A DNA stretch of 63,510 bases, the filler included, from Craspedostauros australis (taxonomy: Eukaryota): the NCBI GenBank assembly GCA_030167865.1. It is 12 parts of 12 records of this genome, joined end to end, with 100 filler letters (N's around TTAATTAATTAA, not from the genome) between each part and the next. Parts side by side here need not be neighbours in the genome. Positions count along the whole stretch, not along the records: positions 42,360 to 50,671 come from JALAGF010003440.1; positions 50,772 to 52,201 come from JALAGF010003443.1; positions 52,302 to 55,381 come from JALAGF010003444.1; positions 55,482 to 58,575 come from JALAGF010003445.1; 8 more parts are not named here. One strand, 5' to 3'. Shown piece by piece: positions 43,637 to 56,158 of the stretch; the stretch's first letter is position 1; each line of letters begins with the position of its first letter. The notes under the pieces are model-generated. The model worked only from the letters and a program-made list of their open reading frames with translations, had not been told where the DNA came from and ran no database searches. The position numbers and the translations under genes were made by a program.

Positions 43637-46600
43637 TCCTGTCTTGATGCTCTTGCCAGTCTTTGACTTCCTTGCCATTTGTGACTGAGATCGTGAGTGG
43701 GATGATGCACTTTGTGTCCCACGGTTCTTCCTTCTCGATCTGGATCCAGATAGGGATCGACGGGGTGACCGTCTTCCTTTCTCACCATCGAGCATCAATG
43801 ACGCTTCGACCGCATCTCCATTGTCATCATTGGTATTGGCATTGGTCTTGTCACCTGCACCGATGACCACGCTGTTGTTTCCAGACATGGAATTGACGAC
43901 CGCTGTGGCTGCGGCCCCTTGAGTGGAGTTATCGTTCATGGCATCCCCATTCTTCGTTTCTGTGTTCGCATGTGCATTCACATCTGTCATCACATGAATC
44001 AGCCTCACGGACGTCGTCACACTCCCATTGCTCGTAAACTTGATGGCATTCGTCAACATGTTCAGCACGATCTGACGAAGACGGTTGGGATCACCGAGCA
44101 GCTTCACTGGAATGCCACGTCCGATGTCACACTTCAGCTCGAGTCCTCTGTCTTCTGCCTGTGGCAACACAGCGGCCACCGATCCATCGAGAACATTCCT
44201 CACCTCGAATGGGATCGTTTCGAGCTTCATCTTTCCGGCTTCGAGCTTTGTGAAGTCGAGCAGGTCGTTGATGATGGCCATGAGTGCATTGGTACTTGAT
44301 TGCAGCATGGTGACGAAGTCTGTCTGTTCGATGTTGAGGGGTGTCGAGGCGAGAAGCTCGATGAATCCCACGACTTGGTGGAGTGGTGTGCGGATCTCGT
44401 GTGCCATGACGGCGACTGTGTTGTATGACATTGTATTGTATTGTGTTTGCATTGTGTTTGCATTATGTTTGTGTCGTGTTGTATGGTGTATGTAACGGTG
44501 TGATGGAGATGGGATATGGTGGAGTGGTGAGGAGTGAGTATGATGAAGCAGTGAGTATGGTGCTGTATGAGAATGTGTACATACAGACATACAGACATGC
44601 ACACATGTGCAAATGCACCAATACGCCAATACATCAATACCAACACCAGTATACATACACACACCGATGCAACAACGACGACAACAACAAGCACAGCACG
44701 AATGCAGCTACTCGTACACAGGGTACCATCCTCGCACTTGTCACATGACTCACAGAACTCGCTCTTCCTCATGTTCTGTCGATCTGCCTCATCCTTCGCA
44801 GCTTGCATGATGTCGGAGATGTCTCTGGCGCTGTAGATCATGACGGACTGTGATGTGACGGGATCCTTGACCTGTCTGATCTTGATGCTGAACCATTTGA
44901 TGCCTTCGATGGTTTGAAGTTGTGCCTCTGAGCTGACATCGTGCTGTCCTTTTGAGTCGACCACTTCTTGCAGTATTTGCTGTCCCTTGTCGTGGTCGAT
45001 GAACTGAGCGACGAAGTCACACGGCTTCTCTTCTTCTTCTTCTTCGTCCTCCTCCTCATCTGAACTGTCGCCGTCGTCGCTGTATTCTTCGATATCCGAG
45101 TCGTACTCGCCTGTATCATCTCCATCCGTATGATCGAGAGGATCATCACTATCGAGGGATGCACTAGTCCATGAGCAAGATGAGCATGCCGAGATGGAGG
45201 ACTCGATCGACGGACGTCTTCGCACCGTGTCGCCGTTCGATCCATCGTGATTCGTGACGGCAGGGTCGTTCCGCAGTTTGCTTGCTTCTCCCGCACAGCT
45301 CTGGTCAAGGTTCGCACCCTCCTTCTTTCCAGCTTGTTCTTGATCGCCAGTTTCGACACTCTCTGGCATGGTATCCAATGACCACGTGCTGGAGGTTGAC
45401 GCATCCTTGATGGGATCCTTTGCCTCATTGGCTGGCGCAGCATGTGTCTGCTGTTGACTTTCTAGCTGTTTGTTTCTCCTGGACTCCCGTCGTCTCCTCC
45501 TATGCTTCTGAATGCGGTTTGTCTCTGCCATGGGATCTGCGCTGTCCTCATTTTGTTGTCGCTTCATTCGTCCCTCCCTCCTTCGAGACTTGTGAGACCG
45601 CCTTTGTCGCTTTGCTGTGAGTTGACTTGCACCAGACGGGCGGAGCGGATTCTCCCCCTCGTTGGTGCTGGCGTTATCGCTGCTGCTGTTTCCGCATCCG
45701 TCAGTCTCATCGTCGGTTGGTGAGTCATCGTGCTGAGGATCGTCATCTTCCCGATTGCTGGCGTTGTTGCGATTGCCACCACCGGCGGTGCTGGCGTTAC
45801 GAGTGTCTCCATTCTCCAGATCTTCATCCTGACTTGTTTCGCTATCGGGATTGTGTTCCGTCGGTTCACCGAAGAGCGCGAATGCTTCCTGATTCTGGTC
45901 CATGAATCCGCCCGTCATATCGAATCGCCTTGCCACAACCGGCAAGTGCCGCAGCGTCTCCATTCTGCGGATCGAGGCCGCGGCCGTATTCTCGATCGCC
46001 TGCTTCGGCCTTCGTCTCGGCGATTCCGCGCGAGCGTGTTGCGATGTTTCGGTTACCGTGCTTTTCCTGCGATCTTGTCTCGTGTCCTGCTTTGTTCCAT
46101 GGCTCGGTTTGATCTCATCCTCATCTCCATCGCTGTTGCGATCGTGTGCCGAAGAAGAAGCTTGTGCGGTTGCGCTATCATTTTCGTCGTCCTTGACAAT
46201 TGCTTTGGCAGCCTCCGCCGCTTCCGCCCCGACATCCGTCGTCTCTCGCACGGACTCCAAGACCACGAGCAAACACAGATGCGGTTGCGCCGGATCATCA
46301 GGATGAGGAATGTAGACCCCGGAAATGTTCATGCAGCAGGATCTGGCACCCGGGTTGTTGCCATGCGTCGGATGGAACATCCACTGGAGTATGGCACGTC
46401 GAAGTTGGAGGGCGGACACCAGAACGAGGAGGCGGTCGGAGCAATCGATGCGAAGCGGAGTGTATTTGGTTGGATGGAGGAGGTGAGAATGGCATGACCG
46501 TGGGGATGCATGACGAGACATACAATTGCTGTTGCTGGAGATGCTGACAAGCCTTCGCATGCAAAATCGCGTTGATCAGCATTCATGAATGCAAACAAGC

Positions 46601-47348
46601 ATGAATGCTAACATGCAGAACGTACCATGAGGGTGTCCTGCGCGGTGGGATGCTTGGAGAATCGATCCAGCCAGGCGATGTTGGAACGGTTGGTCGTCTC
46701 GGACATATCGCTGGCGTAGTCTCGCGACATGAGCTCCTCCATGTGCTTGGCACTCCAGAACTTGCAGGCCGCCTGATTGCCGTACCGGATGCACTTGTAC
46801 TTGCCATCGAAGATCCAGACTGGCGCGTTGAGCAGATTGAGGATTTCTAGGTCCGCCATGGAGTAGACGTGCTTGCGACATGTCGTGAGGAACTGCGTCC
46901 TGCTGAACTTTGGAGTGGAAGCGGACTTGTCGGCTGCCGCGTTCTGCTTCTTCCTCATCTCCAACTTGGACTTCGATTGGGACTTGCTCAGTGAAGATGG
47001 CGTTTGCCTCCCTCCTCCTTTCCTGTGGCGCGCTTTGGGTGAACTCGATGGGATGCGAGGCTGCGCTTGTTGTTGTTGCTGATCTTGTCGAACATGGCTG
47101 TTGCTGTTGCTGTTGCTGTTGCTGATTCCACTGCCACTGCCACTGCCACTACTACTGCTGCTGCTGCTGTCCGTGGTGTTGCAGTCAAGCCGATTGTGGA
47201 GGCGCTCGTACTTGCCAGCTATCGCATCTCCGCTGCTCTGCGAAACGTCATCGTCCGTGCCATTCTTGTGGACCGAGGGCGATGTTCCATCGTGCGGCAA
47301 CCCAGTGCGAGCATGAGTGTTGGTCACCGTGTTGCGATCATCAATCAT
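42360..47348 (-). CDS. Hybrid histidine kinase (PAS-like sensors, HisKA, HATPase, receiver); exons 47348-46626, 46383-44754, 44415-42360 (last few codons cut off)
   Basis: GT-AG introns give DTLM|WMFHP and SEF|FAVMAHEIRTPL. N box NMLTNAIKFT, DTGIG, GGTGLGL. Receiver VAEDN...LMDWQMPVMDG...KP. Confidence 0.9.
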
Positions 47349-49372
47349 GGTCTTGCTGGTGGGAGTTCTTGTGTTTGAATCTCAATGCGTCTGTGAGTGT
47401 GTCTGTGAGTGTGTCTGTATGAGTACGTCTGTGGGTGGGAGTCTAATCTTGTATTGCCGACCGTGGGTACGAGCGAGCTTGAATGTAGTCAAGGGTTGCG
47501 TAGCTCAGAGAGTATACGTAATCGGTCGTAAGAGCAAGGGTATTGGTAGACAGGTGGAGATGGTTGCTCTTGTCTTGTCTTGTCTTTGCGACGTTCGCTG
47601 CGTTTGCAACATTTGCCTCTTGTCCGAAGAGCATGGGATGCCTGTTCCAACTGCGGCAGAAGCAAGCAAGAACGTAAGCACGACAACGTGAAGAAGTACG
47701 TGCCACGCGTGCAAGTCTACGAGAACAGAAGCACGAACACTTCTCGTGCCCTTCCGTTGTTCTTGTGTTTGCGGGATCGTGCTTCCCTCCTTGCTTGAGC
47801 TGTCTGTTCCCGTTGGTGACAAGACCGGTCTTGGTGGCATGGTTGTGCTGTTGGGCGCTGTTGTGTTCGAATCTGTTTGTTGTCTGTGACCACTGCGCTG
47901 ATGGGACAGGGTTCTCTTGTCTATCGTGTTCTTGAGCCTGTCCGGGTCATTTCTGATTTCCGTCTCGGGCTTTCTTTTGTGGATGTGGGGACTGCAATTG
48001 ACAATACACATGACCAGCAAAAGGTGCAAATTCGGCTGTGGAAGGTGGTCGCCGGATCATTAAGGACGAAAGAATCTGCGTTCTGCCCAGGGTTTCTGAG
48101 GCGCCAAATCCCAAACACCGGAACGCAACGACAACAGCTTGATCGTTTCGGATTCTTCTTTCGCCGCTCACGGACAACAAACAGAGCGTTCAGCGCTTTC
48201 ACGAAAGCACGAATTACCGTCACGAGAGACAAAACGAGGCGCTTTTGCGCTCCTGTCCGTTTCACAACATCGCCGAACGGGCCCCCAATAGATCGCCTAC
48301 ATGTCGCTACGACACACCAAGAATCTCGAGTGAAGCAATTTACAACTGCCCGACATTCGCGAGATCACTGTATCGTGACTACTCCACTGTCGATGGAATA
48401 AAAAGACGGTGGTTCTGCCAAACAATCAGTCACGTTCCTCACGTATGAATCTAAACGAGTTTGAGTACTGTTGGGCCCAACAGGCCCAGCCAACAAGTTC
48501 CGCAACACGATTTGGTTGTCTGTGCAATAACACTAACGAAGTACTTTGGGCGATAAATACCATCTTGAAATCTGCTGGCGTTTTGCGTCACGCACAACAA
48601 CGATCAGTTCGCGCGCGATCCAACACCTTGACGGGGTCGGCCTCTCGATCACACGACCGTTCGCCTCCCACTTTTTCATCCAAACGCCTCGCGAAGCCGA
48701 ATCGGCGTTGTGGCGTGGATGCAGCAAGGCAAGCTCCATCCTCGCCATCCCATGGTTGGATTGCACGCTTGGGCGTGATCGAAGGTCCTTCCTCCATGTC
48801 ATCCTCATAATACCATCCTCGTATCTGTGGTCCAATCGGTTCCTGCCCCTGATCGTATGAGTACTATGCATGAGGAGGCGCGCAGCCATCCTCGCTGAAT
48901 GACCTCGAGAACTCACAATCATCCAACATGCGCGTCGAGTGCCACTACGTCATGCGCAGGCCGTTCGCAATGGCCATCATCGCAGGAGCTTTCGGGAGCG
49001 GCGGCGCCGTTGGCACACACTCTATCACCAACTCGCGTTCCATCGCACCGCAAGTCGAGGAATCCGCGGCATGTGCAGGGTTGCGTCTTCCTGCGCCAAA
49101 GACAAGCTCAGCGATTCCAATTCACGCCCGTAGCATCGGGCGCCATGGACGCCGAGAAAGAGAAAGACCAAGCGCAACGCACATACTCACCACACGCACA
49201 TTATGCAACAGTCACATCTGTGGAAGCGCACTGAGACGAGCATTCATGTCTCCAAGCACGGACACTTTCATCATGATGTGAATAACGGATATCTACATGA
49301 CCTCGACATGGTTGGCGCGACGATGTACGAAAATGCGTTCTTCGGAGGCGATCCCACGGAACTGTGCTCAAC

Positions 49373-50671
49373 TCAAGCCTGACGAGTGCGTGCATTCTTC
49401 AACAACGAAGTCTTCAGATCCGCCATACGCACGGGCTTCTTCAGGCAATCGTTCATGCCAATGTGACCCCAGTCGATGGATTGGATGCTCGCCGTCAGTC
49501 CCACGATCGGCAGATCACGTTCGCTCAATCCCCGTGTCCGGATCTCCTTCGTCGCATCGATGCCATCCATCACGGGCATCTGCCAGTCCATCAGCACGAT
49601 GTCGAACGGAGGTCTCTCCACGCCGCCATTGGCACCACTCGTACCATCGTTGGCGTCGGTGTTGGTGTTGTTGCCATCGAGCATGGCAATGTCATCCACA
49701 TCGGTTGTTCCGAATGCCTGGGCGACAGCTTGCTCGCCATTCTCGACGATCGTCACAACATGGCCAAGTCTCTTGAGCATGTTGCGGATGACCTTCTGGT
49801 TGATCTTGTTGTCCTCCGCCACCAGGATTCGCAGCTCGTCTGTCTTGGGTTTCTTCGGAGCTGGAGCTTGAGTTGGAGCTGAAGGTTGAGGTCGTGCCTG
49901 TGGGTCTGCCGGTGGTCGTGACAAAGGTTGTGACAATGCCTGTGGTTGGTCACTCTTCACGATGACACTATTGCTCACACCCTTCCTCGTTCCATTCCCA
50001 TCTTCCCTGTCCCTATCCGTATCCCCACCTTGATCGTCATCACCGTCGTCATCGGTGTATCTTCTTGATGCTGATCCTTGTTTCGGGACTTGTATGATCG
50101 TATGAGGATGACCAATCTGATCTGCGGATACGACCACATTCCGCACATCATGATCATCATCCAAATGGACACCTTGAGATGGATCACGATCCGCACCATC
50201 CACATCATCCTGAGCAACAACAGCATCATCGTCACCATCGCCATTATCAATGACGTCGTCATGGATGGCATCATGGATGGCATCATGGATGACATCATCG
50301 AGACCATCCCCGACGACGCTTCCAACTGACATACCTGTTGCGGCACAACGAGTGTTCACATGCCGCTTGTATGGAATCTCGAACCAGAACGTGGTGCCCT
50401 CACCAGGCGCCGAATCCACACCGATCGCTCCTCCCATACCCTTCACCAACGACTTGCAGATCGCCAGTCCCAGACCTGTGCCACCAAAGTTGCGTGCCAC
50501 AGATGCATCGGCTTGCTGGTAGGCATTGAAGATGCGTTCGCATTGATCAGGAGTCATTCCGATTCCTGTGTCGGTGACGCTGAATCGCAGCACGACCTGT
50601 TCCCTGTTGGTTTGTGGCATGGCCTTGACTCCGTTCTTGCTCTTCTTCTTGCCTGTCTTGGTGTTGTTCTT
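49373..50671 (-). CDS. 3' end of the same hybrid histidine kinase (second half of HATPase plus receiver, with stop)
   Basis: Identical translation to 42360-43636, continuing to ...KTSLLKNARTRQA*. Confidence 0.85.
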   Translation of the reverse strand, partial: KNNTKTGKKKSKNGVKAMPQTNREQVVLRFSVTDTGIGMTPDQCERIFNAYQQADASVARNFGGTGLGLAICKSLVKGMGGAIGVDSAPGEGTTFWFEIPYKRHVNTRCAATGMSVGSVVGDGLDDVIHDAIHDAIHDDVIDNGDGDDDAVVAQDDVDGADRDPSQGVHLDDDHDVRNVVVSADQIGHPHTIIQVPKQGSASRRYTDDDGDDDQGGDTDRDREDGNGTRKGVSNSVIVKSDQPQALSQPLSRPPADPQARPQPSAPTQAPAPKKPKTDELRILVAEDNKINQKVIRNMLKRLGHVVTIVENGEQAVAQAFGTTDVDDIAMLDGNNTNTDANDGTSGANGGVERPPFDIVLMDWQMPVMDGIDATKEIRTRGLSERDLPIVGLTASIQSIDWGHIGMNDCLKKPVRMADLKTSLLKNARTRQA

Positions 50672-51490
50672 NNNNNNNNNNNNNNNNNNNNNNNNNNNNN
50701 NNNNNNNNNNNNNNNTTAATTAATTAANNNNNNNNNNNNNNNNNNNNNNNNNNNNNNNNNNNNNNNNNNNNACACAGGCCAGACACCCATCACAGGAAGA
50801 AATTGAATCACCAAATCCGTGTCCACTGTTCTCATTTCCCCTGTCTTCAACACTCCGTCATGGTGGGATATGGTGTCAGCTCTCTACCAATCAGTGCTCG
50901 CACTCATTGAAGTAACGATCGTGGCGACAACGTCAAAGACTGGACAAAGCAGGAAGAGGCAAGACGCACAAAGCTCCAGCAATCATTGAGCTTTCCCACC
51001 TCGAATGCACAGTCGTTCTGGGATGTGTTGCTAGCACACCAAGTCACACGTCCATCGCTGTGCCGATGTTTGTTACCTCAGGAACTGTGATTCGTGAACA
51101 CAATATAAATGGGGGTTACGGCAACATCATATTATTTCATGTTTGCAGGTGGTTGATCGTCGCTTCGCCTTTGCTGAGTTGGTCATTATTGGGCTGCCGA
51201 GTTGGATTCGTGTGGTGTCTGCTGACACGAATTGGTGAGAAAAGCCTCGCACACTGCCGGTTTCGGGATAACCATTTGACACGGCTCACACAGAGCGGGC
51301 TTGTCAAAGTAGAGTACTGCAAGGCACGGGAAAATCGCCAAAAGTGTGTGTGGGAATGGACGTCTGTCCTCCACCCCACCCACCCCGTGTTCGACACTGT
51401 CTCCGATGCGGACAAGTCAATACCAACACCACAATCTTCCACAGTGGAGCAATACGTAGACGTTATATACGTTATAACAAGAATCGTTAC

Positions 51491-51620
51491 TTTCATCGAA
51501 CCTTGATTAGTTTCGTCGAACCTTGATTAGTTTCGTCGAACCTTGATTAGATTCGTCGAACCTTGATTAGTTTCATCGAACCTTGATTAGTTCCATCGAA
51601 CCTTGATTAGTTTCATTGAA
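51491..51620 (+). repeat. About 6.5 tandem copies of a 20-bp unit TTTCRTCGAACCTTGATTAG
   Basis: Units start at 51491, 51511, 51531, 51551, 51571 and 51591, with a partial unit at 51611. Confidence 0.95.
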
Positions 51621-51729
51621 TGTTCGCTGGGATCCTATGATTCGTGTCTGGACGCATGTGCCGAGTCTGCCACGTTTGAACCTCCATTCTTGCAACGACG
51701 AAATCAGGCGCATAATGAGCCAAACGTGC

Positions 51730-52201
51730 TCACAACAACAAATGCTTGCCCATGCAATGTGACACAATCAATAAACATGCCACAATCAGTAGAAGCAGGA
51801 TTCGAGATACATCGTCCACAGGACGACTGTTGCTATAGTTATATTGGCGCTTTGCGTTCTGATTGTCCTTTCTGCGTTGCTGCCAATACAAAGACTCGTA
51901 TTTCGATCGTTTTGCTGCATGAAAGTGCTTCCGAAATTGCTCCATTGGGAATTCCTGATAGCATGGCCGCTTTTGATATAGTTGCTTGGGTGAAAGAGAC
52001 TTCAAGAGTTCATCTTTGAAGTCACTTCTCATTGCATTCTGAGCCTCGGAACCATCCCATCTCAGCTTGCCTCTTGGCATCGAAGTAGTTGCCATATTGC
52101 GGAAAGCAGTGAGTGCCTTCTCTGCTTCCATGGCATCTTCCTCGTGCTTCTTCCACTTTTTTCGGAGGCGATTCAAGTTGTTGCGGAAGTTGGTGTACTT
52201 C
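51730..52201 (-). CDS. Basic helical hypothetical protein, 5' end truncated, possibly transposon-associated
   Basis: Frame is open from the contig end: FRNNLNRLRK...WDGSEAQ...SPKQLYQKRPCYQEFPMEQFRKH. It lies beside the 20-bp array. Confidence 0.5.
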
Positions 52202-52977
52202 NNNNNNNNNNNNNNNNNNNNNNNNNNNNNNNNNNNNNNNNNNNNTTAATTAATTAANNNNNNNNNNNNNNNNNNNNNNNNNNNNNNNNNNNNNNNNNNN
52301 NAATGACCAACTCAGCAAAGGCGAAGCGACGATCAACCACCTGCAAACATGAAATAATATGATGTTGCCGTAACCCCCATTTATATTGTGTTCACGAATC
52401 ACAGTTCCTGAGGTAACAAACATCGGCACAGCGATGGACGTGTGACTTGGTGTGCTAGCAACACATCCCAGAACGACTGTGCATTCGAGGTGGGAAAGCT
52501 CAATGATTGCTGGAGCTTTGTGCGTCTTGCCTCTTCCTGCTTTGTCCAGTCTTTGACGTTGTCGCCACGATCGTTACTTCAATGAGTGCGAGCACTGATT
52601 GGTAGAGAGCTGACACCATATCCCACCATGACGGAGTGTTGAAGACAGGGGAAATGAGAACAGTGGACACGGATTTGGTGATTCAATTTCTTCCTGTGAT
52701 GGGTGTCTGGCCTGTGTCGCACTGCTCTGCACTGCTCTGCACTGCTCTGCATAGACGTGTGTGTATGTGTGAGTGCGTGCTATTGGTATGATGGTCGTTG
52801 AAGCACGATCACGGTGACAGCCCGCAGCCGCAGCCACAGCTGATGAACCACATCAAGACCGCAACAAGTTGTAGGCAAGGCGCATTGAAGCTCCGCAGCT
52901 GGGAAACGAGCTGCCGATGCTCTCACAAATTCTGATCTGGCCAGAAATTCAGACTCAACGAGATCAACGAATTCAGC

Positions 52978-55093
52978 ATGACCTCGCGCTTCCTCTTCGC
53001 AAGCATCACCATCGCCGCTGCCATGGCGGGCAACATGGTGGCTGGTGCCAATTGCGGCAATCCATGGCGCGAACCCTGCCTCTCTGATTCAGATCCTCGC
53101 TACAAGGATAATGCCAAGTATGACATTGCCGATCAGCCAGGAATCTGGGTACGTCTTCGCAACGCAGCGAGGGGAGCATGATCATGTTTGCACCTCTGCT
53201 AGTACTGCCCACCCCCTTCGTCCTCACCTCACCTTTTTTCCTATTCTCCGTTGTGTGGCCAATTTTCTGTTTGGCATATCCCCGCGCATACTTCTGCTTC
53301 TTTCTTTCTCTCTCTCTCAAGCCCGCCTTTGATGGGTTCTTCGTCTGTGATTCGTACACTTACGGAGCAGACTCCCAGCCTCTCGTGGTGGAAGCAACCC
53401 CCATCGCTGGACTAGGAACCATCTTGACGGGTGGGTTCCCATCAAGGATGTACAGCAACTACACGAACTCAGGGACAAGAACATTCCATCATCGATACAG
53501 AATCATGCCCCCAGCACCAGAGGTCGGCACGATCGGGCTGGCGCAGGCCTTGGACGCCTATGGAACGTCAACCTTTGAGCTGGATGGGAGAATCATCAAC
53601 TTGCCCTTTCAACAAAACCTGGATTTCCCTCTCCGCCAGGCAGGTGAAGAAAACACGATCACATACCCAGTTGGAAACGACACCACTGTGACCAAGGGAG
53701 TCGTGGCGGGTCGGAGCTTTTTGACCGCTGTGGTCACAATCACATGCCTCGATGCAGCATGCAGTGCTCAAAGCGAGATTAGTTCTATTTACAACAGCTC
53801 CGAGTTGCTCTTTTTTGTGAGCTGCAACAGCCAGCGCATCACAGAAGACGAGTTCATTGCGGGCATCAGGAGCACCTACCACGAGTTCGTCGTCCCTGAA
53901 GCACTCCGCATCGAGGTCCCCATGACCAACACTTCGCTGACTGGCGTTTACCCATCAGAGGAGCAATGGTGTGAGGCAAGTACATCTATTCTGTATTCTA
54001 CAGATGCCAAGGCTTACATTTTCGTAGCGCAGTTGGCATCGGCGATCTTTTTGACTTCATAAATCTGCCGCTGCTTCCTCCTCTCACATTCTCGATCTTC
54101 TTTCATTTGCCATCTCTCCCGTCCCTCCATGCATTCCACCAATCAATCAACCAATCAATCATTCAATCCATGGACGACACAGTTCGATCCCAACTGCGCC
54201 ACAAACCCATACCAAGAGCCAACCACACCCGTCAAGTCGGGAGTCATCGCTGGATTCACCATCGGCGGTGTCCTCCTCTTTCTCATCGTAGTCGCCATCG
54301 CAGTCTACATCTACAACAAACAGCAGGCAAAGAGATACCGTGCCGTATTCGCCGCACGTGTTGCACAGACTATGAGCATCCGCGTACCGGCCAGACGCAT
54401 GGATGCCGCTACATTGGCACATGAGTTCCAGAAGATCGACGCCCAATCCACGGCCAACAAGAGCGACCGACGTGCAAGCTCCGTTGGCAACATCACGAAG
54501 GAGGGCATGTGGGAGTTCTTGAGCTCTGGAAAGGCGGTCGAAATGAACCGTCATGACTTCGAAGCGTTGTGGGCAGTGATGGATGCAGATGGCAGCGGAT
54601 ATGTTGACTTCCTTGAGTTCTGTGCTTTCATGGGTCAGGTGAGTGTGTTTCCTGTTCTGTGGGGTGGCACAGTGCGTTTCATGTGGTATGAGTGGGTGGT
54701 TTGTGTGAATGGTATGCGCAGCTGGTATGATGGTGCGCATGTATGATGTATCTGTGTTTCCGACCATTCAGCCGTTCAGCCATCCATCCATTCATTCATT
54801 CATTCGTCACACTATCGTACTCGCATCTGACATGATATCTTTGTTCTGAAACCATCCATCTCTTTCCGCTACGATCTTTGGTTGCTTCTTCGACTGTGCA
54901 GTGCCATGAGGAGTACGACAATGCTCGCGAGAATCGCATGTTGATGGCAGAGCGTTTGTCCCGCCGTTTCTCCATGCGCCTGTCGCAAATCGAGGAAGAC
55001 GCCGCAGGTCAAGCAGTTGCTGAAGCAGGCGCAGGTGCAGTGGACTCGACCGAGAATGTCGGAGAAGCCGAGGAGAATGACGAAGAGGTCTAG
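52978..55093 (+). CDS. Single-pass membrane protein with signal peptide, Cys-containing ectodomain and cytosolic EF-hand (version A); exons 52978-53148, 53322-53975, 54183-54638, 54902-55093
   Basis: Phase-0 introns, one with a GC donor. TM segment VIAGFTIGGVLLFLIVVAIAVYIY followed by NKQQAKR. Canonical EF loop DADGSGYVDFLE. Confidence 0.8.
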
Positions 55094-56158
55094 AGCGATC
55101 CAGGACCTCCGAAACACGAACAACGCAAACAGATTGTTCCCAACATATCGGCGATCGCAGGACTGCTTAGTCACGAGAGCATCCAATGGCACCGAATCAT
55201 GACCACCGTACTGGATGGAATCTGCAGCGGCCCAGTTGCGATGTCCAACATGACGAGTATCGTATTTTCGCTAGCCAGGGTTGTGCGGCGCCAAATCCCG
55301 TTTCCATATCATCAGTGAATGTGTGCTCGAATCAACTTTGTGTACGAGGAGAGCAGGTGATGTGAATGTGTGGGAGTATATNNNNNNNNNNNNNNNNNNN
55401 NNNNNNNNNNNNNNNNNNNNNNNNNTTAATTAATTAANNNNNNNNNNNNNNNNNNNNNNNNNNNNNNNNNNNNNNNNNNNNAATGACCAACTCAGCAAAG
55501 GCGAAGCGACGATCAACCACCTGCAAACATGAAATAATATGATGTTGCCGTAACCCCCATTTATATTGTGTTCACGAATCACAGTTCCTGAGGTAACAAA
55601 CATCGGCACAGCGATGGACGTGTGACTTGGTGTGCTAGCAACACATCCCAGAACGACTGTGCATTCGAGGTGGGAAAGCTCAATGATTGCTGGAGCTTTG
55701 TGCGTCTTGCCTCTTCCTGCTTTGTCCAGTCTTTGACGTTGTCGCCACGATCGTTACTTCAATGAGTGCGAGCACTGATTGGTAGAGAGCTGACACCATA
55801 TCCCACCATGACGGAGTGTTGAAGACAGGGGAAATGAGAACAGTGGACACGGATTTGGTGATTCAATTTCTTCCTGTGATGGGTGTCTGGCCTGTGTTGC
55901 ACTGCTCTGCACTGCTCTGCATAGACGTGTGTGTATGTGTGAGTGCGTGCTATTGGTATGATGGTCGTTGAAGCACGATCACGGTGAAAGCCGCAACCGC
56001 AGCCGCAACCGTAGCCACAGCTGATGAACCACATCAAGACCGCAACAAGTTGTAGGCAAGGCGCATTGAAGCTCCGCAGCTGGGAAACGAGCTGCCGATG
56101 CTCTCACAAATTCTGATCTGGCCAGAAATTCAGACTCAACGAGATCAACGAATTCAGC

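Noticed and set aside
48468..48483. Perfect 16-bp palindrome CTGTTGGGCCCAACAG upstream of the HK gene
   Set aside because: Single occurrence with no supporting context; function cannot be assigned.
26468..50671. STAND ATPases, RSH and histidine kinase as one signalling gene cluster
   Set aside because: They lie on separate contigs, so physical linkage cannot be inferred.
50772..55897. Three copies of a 416-bp sequence (50772-51187 inverted, 52302-52717, 55482-55897)
   Set aside because: All copies are at contig ends, as expected for a graph overlap leading into two alternative arms.
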